NCBI GenBank assembly: GCA_903854335.1
Contig: CAINVY010000010.1
Span: forward strand, 69,060-133,059
Source: an uncultured Candidatus Peregrinibacteria bacterium
GTDB lineage: Bacteria > Patescibacteriota > Gracilibacteria > Peribacterales > Peribacteraceae
DNA: 64,000 nucleotides
Direction: 5' to 3'
How positions within the stretch are numbered: the first letter of the stretch is position 1; each line of letters begins with the position of its first letter. This document shows positions 61,376 through 64,000 of this stretch, in pieces. A model generated the notes under the pieces. It ran no database searches and was not told the DNA's origin. It was given only the letters and a program-made list of their open reading frames with translations. The position numbers and the translations under genes are program-made.

Positions 61376-62884
61376 TCAGCGCATTTCGACAGGAACCGGA
61401 AGACCGAGAATCTTCAAGCAGAGCGGCGCGATGTCCTTGATACCCGTGCATTGCTTCAACTGATCCGAAGAGGCGATGAGCGATGAATGCACAAAGGTCT
61501 GCACGGGGTTTGACGTGTGGCTGGGCGAAACGACGGTCGTCCCGGGAAGAAACTTCTCCTCCGCGTTGCCGTGATCCGACGTGACGATCCAGTCGTACCC
61601 GTTCGCTTCGAGCGCGGGGAGGAGGCGCGCGAGACTCAGATCGACCGCCTCGCAGGCGAGGATCTCTGCGCTAAGCACTCCGCCGTGCCCCACGAGATCG
61701 GGATTGGCGTAGTTGGCGACGATAAAGTCGTAGGTGTTCGTCCCCACCTTCCCGATGAGCGCATCCGTCAGTTCACTCGCGCTCATGGCCGGAGCCTCGG
61801 CGAAGTTGGGAACCTTCGGCGATTCGATTTTGATGACATCCTCACCGGGATACGTTTCATGTCGCTGCCCGTTGAAAAAGAAGGTGACATGCGCAATCTT
61901 GTCCGTCTCCGCGATCCGCAACTGCTTCAGCCCCGCCTTCGACACCACTTCTCCCAACGTGTTGGGCACGGGCGTCGCAGGATACGCGACGGAAAGGTGA
62001 TCCGAGTACGGCCCCATGCACACCACATCCTCGATGCGGATCGGTCGGGGGAATTCCTCAAACGTCTCATTATTCAGTGCCGAGACGATCTGTATCTGAC
62101 GATCGGACCGGAAATTGAGATCGACGAAGACGTCGCCAGGCCTCACGGGCTGAAACTCTTTGGTCTTCAGCGGACGGATGTAGTAATCGGTCTTCTGATC
62201 CTCGGGGGCAGAGTCGTACCACCGCTTCACGCCGTCGCAGAGATCCTCTACCTCCTCCCCCTCCCCCTCCGCGAGCAAACGATAGGAGAGCTGTGTGCGA
62301 TCCGCGTACTGCCTATCTCGATCCATCGCGTAGTACCGTCCAACAAGAGACGCAACCTTCGCAAAAGGCATCTCCTTCAACTTCTTACACAACACATCGT
62401 AGTCTTTGCTGAACTGCTGCTTGGGAACGTCGCGACCGTCGCCGACGAGATGGAGGATCACTTCTTCGACCCCTCGCTCCTTCGCCAGATCCATCATGGC
62501 GAAGAGGTGATCGATGTGGCCATGCACGCCACCGAAGGAAAAAATATTGAAGAGGTGAAGCGGAACTTTTTTTTCACGAGCGCGATCGCACGCGGAGACG
62601 AGCACGGGATTCTCGAAAAATTTCTTCGATCGTATGGCGAGATTAATTTCTTCCAGCGGCTGCCACACGATGCGACCGGCACCCATCACGAGGTGGCCCG
62701 GCTCGCTCGCGCCCTGCTGACCCTTCGGCAAACCCGCGGCGTTGCCCGAGGCGGCCATGATCACGTTCGGCACTTCCTTCTCCATCCGCTCGATCGTGGG
62801 CATTTTCGCAAGCAGACGCGCATTACCGGGGCCGGGCGGCGCAACGCCGAACCCGTCGATAATAATGAGGCAGAGCTTTTTCAC
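61376..62884 (-). CDS. gpmI: 2,3-bisphosphoglycerate-independent phosphoglycerate mutase
   Basis: LIIIDGFGV, NVIMAASGNAAGLP, GASEPGHLVMGAGR, SFGGVHGH, LVGDGRDV, TSDHGNAE. GTG 62884 (VKKLCLIIIDG) is preferred over the track start at 62974, which would overlap the divergent gene. Confidence 0.9.
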   Translation of the reverse strand: MKKLCLIIIDGFGVAPPGPGNARLLAKMPTIERMEKEVPNVIMAASGNAAGLPKGQQGASEPGHLVMGAGRIVWQPLEEINLAIRSKKFFENPVLVSACDRAREKKVPLHLFNIFSFGGVHGHIDHLFAMMDLAKERGVEEVILHLVGDGRDVPKQQFSKDYDVLCKKLKEMPFAKVASLVGRYYAMDRDRQYADRTQLSYRLLAEGEGEEVEDLCDGVKRWYDSAPEDQKTDYYIRPLKTKEFQPVRPGDVFVDLNFRSDRQIQIVSALNNETFEEFPRPIRIEDVVCMGPYSDHLSVAYPATPVPNTLGEVVSKAGLKQLRIAETDKIAHVTFFFNGQRHETYPGEDVIKIESPKVPNFAEAPAMSASELTDALIGKVGTNTYDFIVANYANPDLVGHGGVLSAEILACEAVDLSLARLLPALEANGYDWIVTSDHGNAEEKFLPGTTVVSPSHTSNPVQTFVHSSLIASSDQLKQCTGIKDIAPLCLKILGLPVPVEMR

Positions 62885-62935
62885 GTACTTCCACACTACC
62901 GCAGAGAGGCGATTTGCGCTATAATAGTCTGGAAC

Positions 62936-63250
62936 ATGAACATCAAATTCTTCACGAGACTGCGCTTCACGCACGCGTACTTCTGGGCGGTTCTCCTCAG
63001 CGCCTTGATCGTCGGACTGGCTGCGACGCTCGCGCGCGCGAGTTTCAATGTGACAGCGGCACTCACGGAGAAACCCGACATCGCGCTCTATCTCCTCCTG
63101 CCCGAAGAGCAGATCAGCTCAAGCACGATGCTCCGGCAGAAAGGGAACGAGAGAGACTACCTCGCGCAAACCAAGGACGGGCAGAAGCTCATCCGCCTCA
63201 AAAAAGGACCGAACAACTGGTTCGTAGAGTTGGATGAGCCATTAAAGTGA
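62936..63250 (+). CDS. small membrane-anchored hypothetical protein
   Basis: ATG 62936 lies 10 nt after TATAAT (62920-62925). TM YFWAVLLSALIVGLAATLA. This is the only credible part of the antisense track ORF 61517..63250. Confidence 0.45.
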   Translation: MNIKFFTRLRFTHAYFWAVLLSALIVGLAATLARASFNVTAALTEKPDIALYLLLPEEQISSSTMLRQKGNERDYLAQTKDGQKLIRLKKGPNNWFVELDEPLK

Positions 63251-63976
63251 GCGGGGGGCTTCCTTCCCGTGCCGAAGCACGAGGAGAGGAAAGACAACGA
63301 CCGCATTCCAGATGCGCCCGATCCTTTTCGGTTCGCGTATCACGCGCCATAGCCACTCCAAACCCATGGATCGTAGAAGCGAAGGCGCGCGCTTCTGCAC
63401 GCCCGCGATGAAATCGAACGCTCCGCCGATCCCCATCGCCACCCGCACGCTCGTGAAGGAAGAAAGATGTTTCGCGATCCACATCTCCTGACGCGGTGCG
63501 CCAAATGCGACGAAGAGAAGTGCTGGATCCGCCGCATTGATCCGCGCCACGATATCCGCGCTGTCGCTGTCATCCGGCGAGCCCGCGAACGTGCCTGCGA
63601 TCTTCAAGCGCGGATTTCTCGCTCTCAGTTCCTGCGCCGCACGCTCGGCGATGCCGGGTGCCGCACCGAGCAAAAACACGGGATACTCCGGTCCGAGATT
63701 CTTGCAGAGCAGCTGGAGTGTGTCCGTTCCCGTCACGCGATGCGCGAGCTTCTGACCCGTGAAGCGCGCCATGAGGAGAAGCCCCGCTCCGTCGGCGAAA
63801 TTGAGACTGCTGCGCTGGAGGACGGAACGGAATGCGGAATTCTTTGATGCTTCCACCAGCATTTCACTGTTCGGCGTCACGATTTGATGTTGGCGGTGTT
63901 GGGTGAGGAGACGATGAATGCTCGTGACTGCTTCGTCCATCGACAACGCGTCGATGGGAATACCCAGGAGCGTCAC
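63242..63976 (-). CDS. WecG/TagA/CpsF-family glycosyltransferase
   Basis: LLGIPIDALSMDEAV, IVTPNSEMLV, NFADGAGLL, FLLGAAPG, LLFVAFGAPRQEMWI, MGIGGAFDFIAG, GLEWLWRVIREP. GTG start at 63976. Confidence 0.85.
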   Translation of the reverse strand: MTLLGIPIDALSMDEAVTSIHRLLTQHRQHQIVTPNSEMLVEASKNSAFRSVLQRSSLNFADGAGLLLMARFTGQKLAHRVTGTDTLQLLCKNLGPEYPVFLLGAAPGIAERAAQELRARNPRLKIAGTFAGSPDDSDSADIVARINAADPALLFVAFGAPRQEMWIAKHLSSFTSVRVAMGIGGAFDFIAGVQKRAPSLLRSMGLEWLWRVIREPKRIGRIWNAVVVFPLLVLRHGKEAPRSL

Positions 63977-64000
63977 TTTCGCCGGTGCATCGAAATTTGC

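Noticed and set aside
61517-62935. Upstream 473 codons of the 577-aa plus-strand ORF 61517..63250
   Set aside because: It is antisense to gpmI, which has unambiguous motifs. Only the last 104 codons (62936-63250) were kept, because they have their own ATG, a TM helix and a -10-like box.

Overview
Gene-dense, G+C-rich bacterial chromosomal segment. I count about 60 credible protein genes and one tRNA-Glu(CUC). There is no rRNA and no CRISPR array. Standard genetic code is used (TGA acts as stop). Many long antisense 'shadow' ORFs in the six-frame track are artefacts of the high G+C.

Core content:
- Translation and RNA modification: gatB, efp, def, rlmH, an RlmD-like methyltransferase.
- Nucleotide and folate metabolism: guaA, thyA, folA, folE, folB, folK.
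- Nitrogen assimilation: glnA, amt.
- Glycolysis: gpmI.
- DNA repair: nth, a DnaQ-like exonuclease.
- Secretion: an unusual SecD.
- Fermentative energy metabolism: an ADP-forming acetyl-CoA synthetase and a [FeFe]-hydrogenase with a NuoF-like partner.
- A MacAB-type efflux set.
- An ApbE/FMN-bind/NqrB-like flavinylation module.
- Cell-surface glycan genes: WecB, WecG/TagA, an O-antigen-ligase-like protein, an NDP-sugar pyrophosphorylase.
- An ECF sigma / anti-sigma pair.

Accessory content:
- A compact cassette of two tandem terminase-large-subunit-like paralogs plus a large serine recombinase (21.7-26.4 kb). No other virion genes accompany it. It abuts a 5'-truncated surface-protein gene and lies in a visibly A+T-richer stretch that ends at the tRNA-Glu.
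- An SLH-anchored secreted HNH nuclease.
- An orphan divergent GGDEF-like protein.
- Several low-complexity secreted proteins.

Non-coding structure is unusually rich:
- Four intergenic loci are mosaics of shared hairpin and palindrome modules.
- A 97-nt repeat sits directly after two stop codons.
- In-frame heptanucleotide arrays sit inside two envelope-glycan genes.

Start codons are preceded by pyrimidine-rich tracts rather than Shine-Dalgarno sequences. ATGA start/stop overlaps are frequent. The overall picture suggests an uncultivated anaerobic fermenter, possibly CPR/Patescibacteria-like. That taxonomic reading is inference only.
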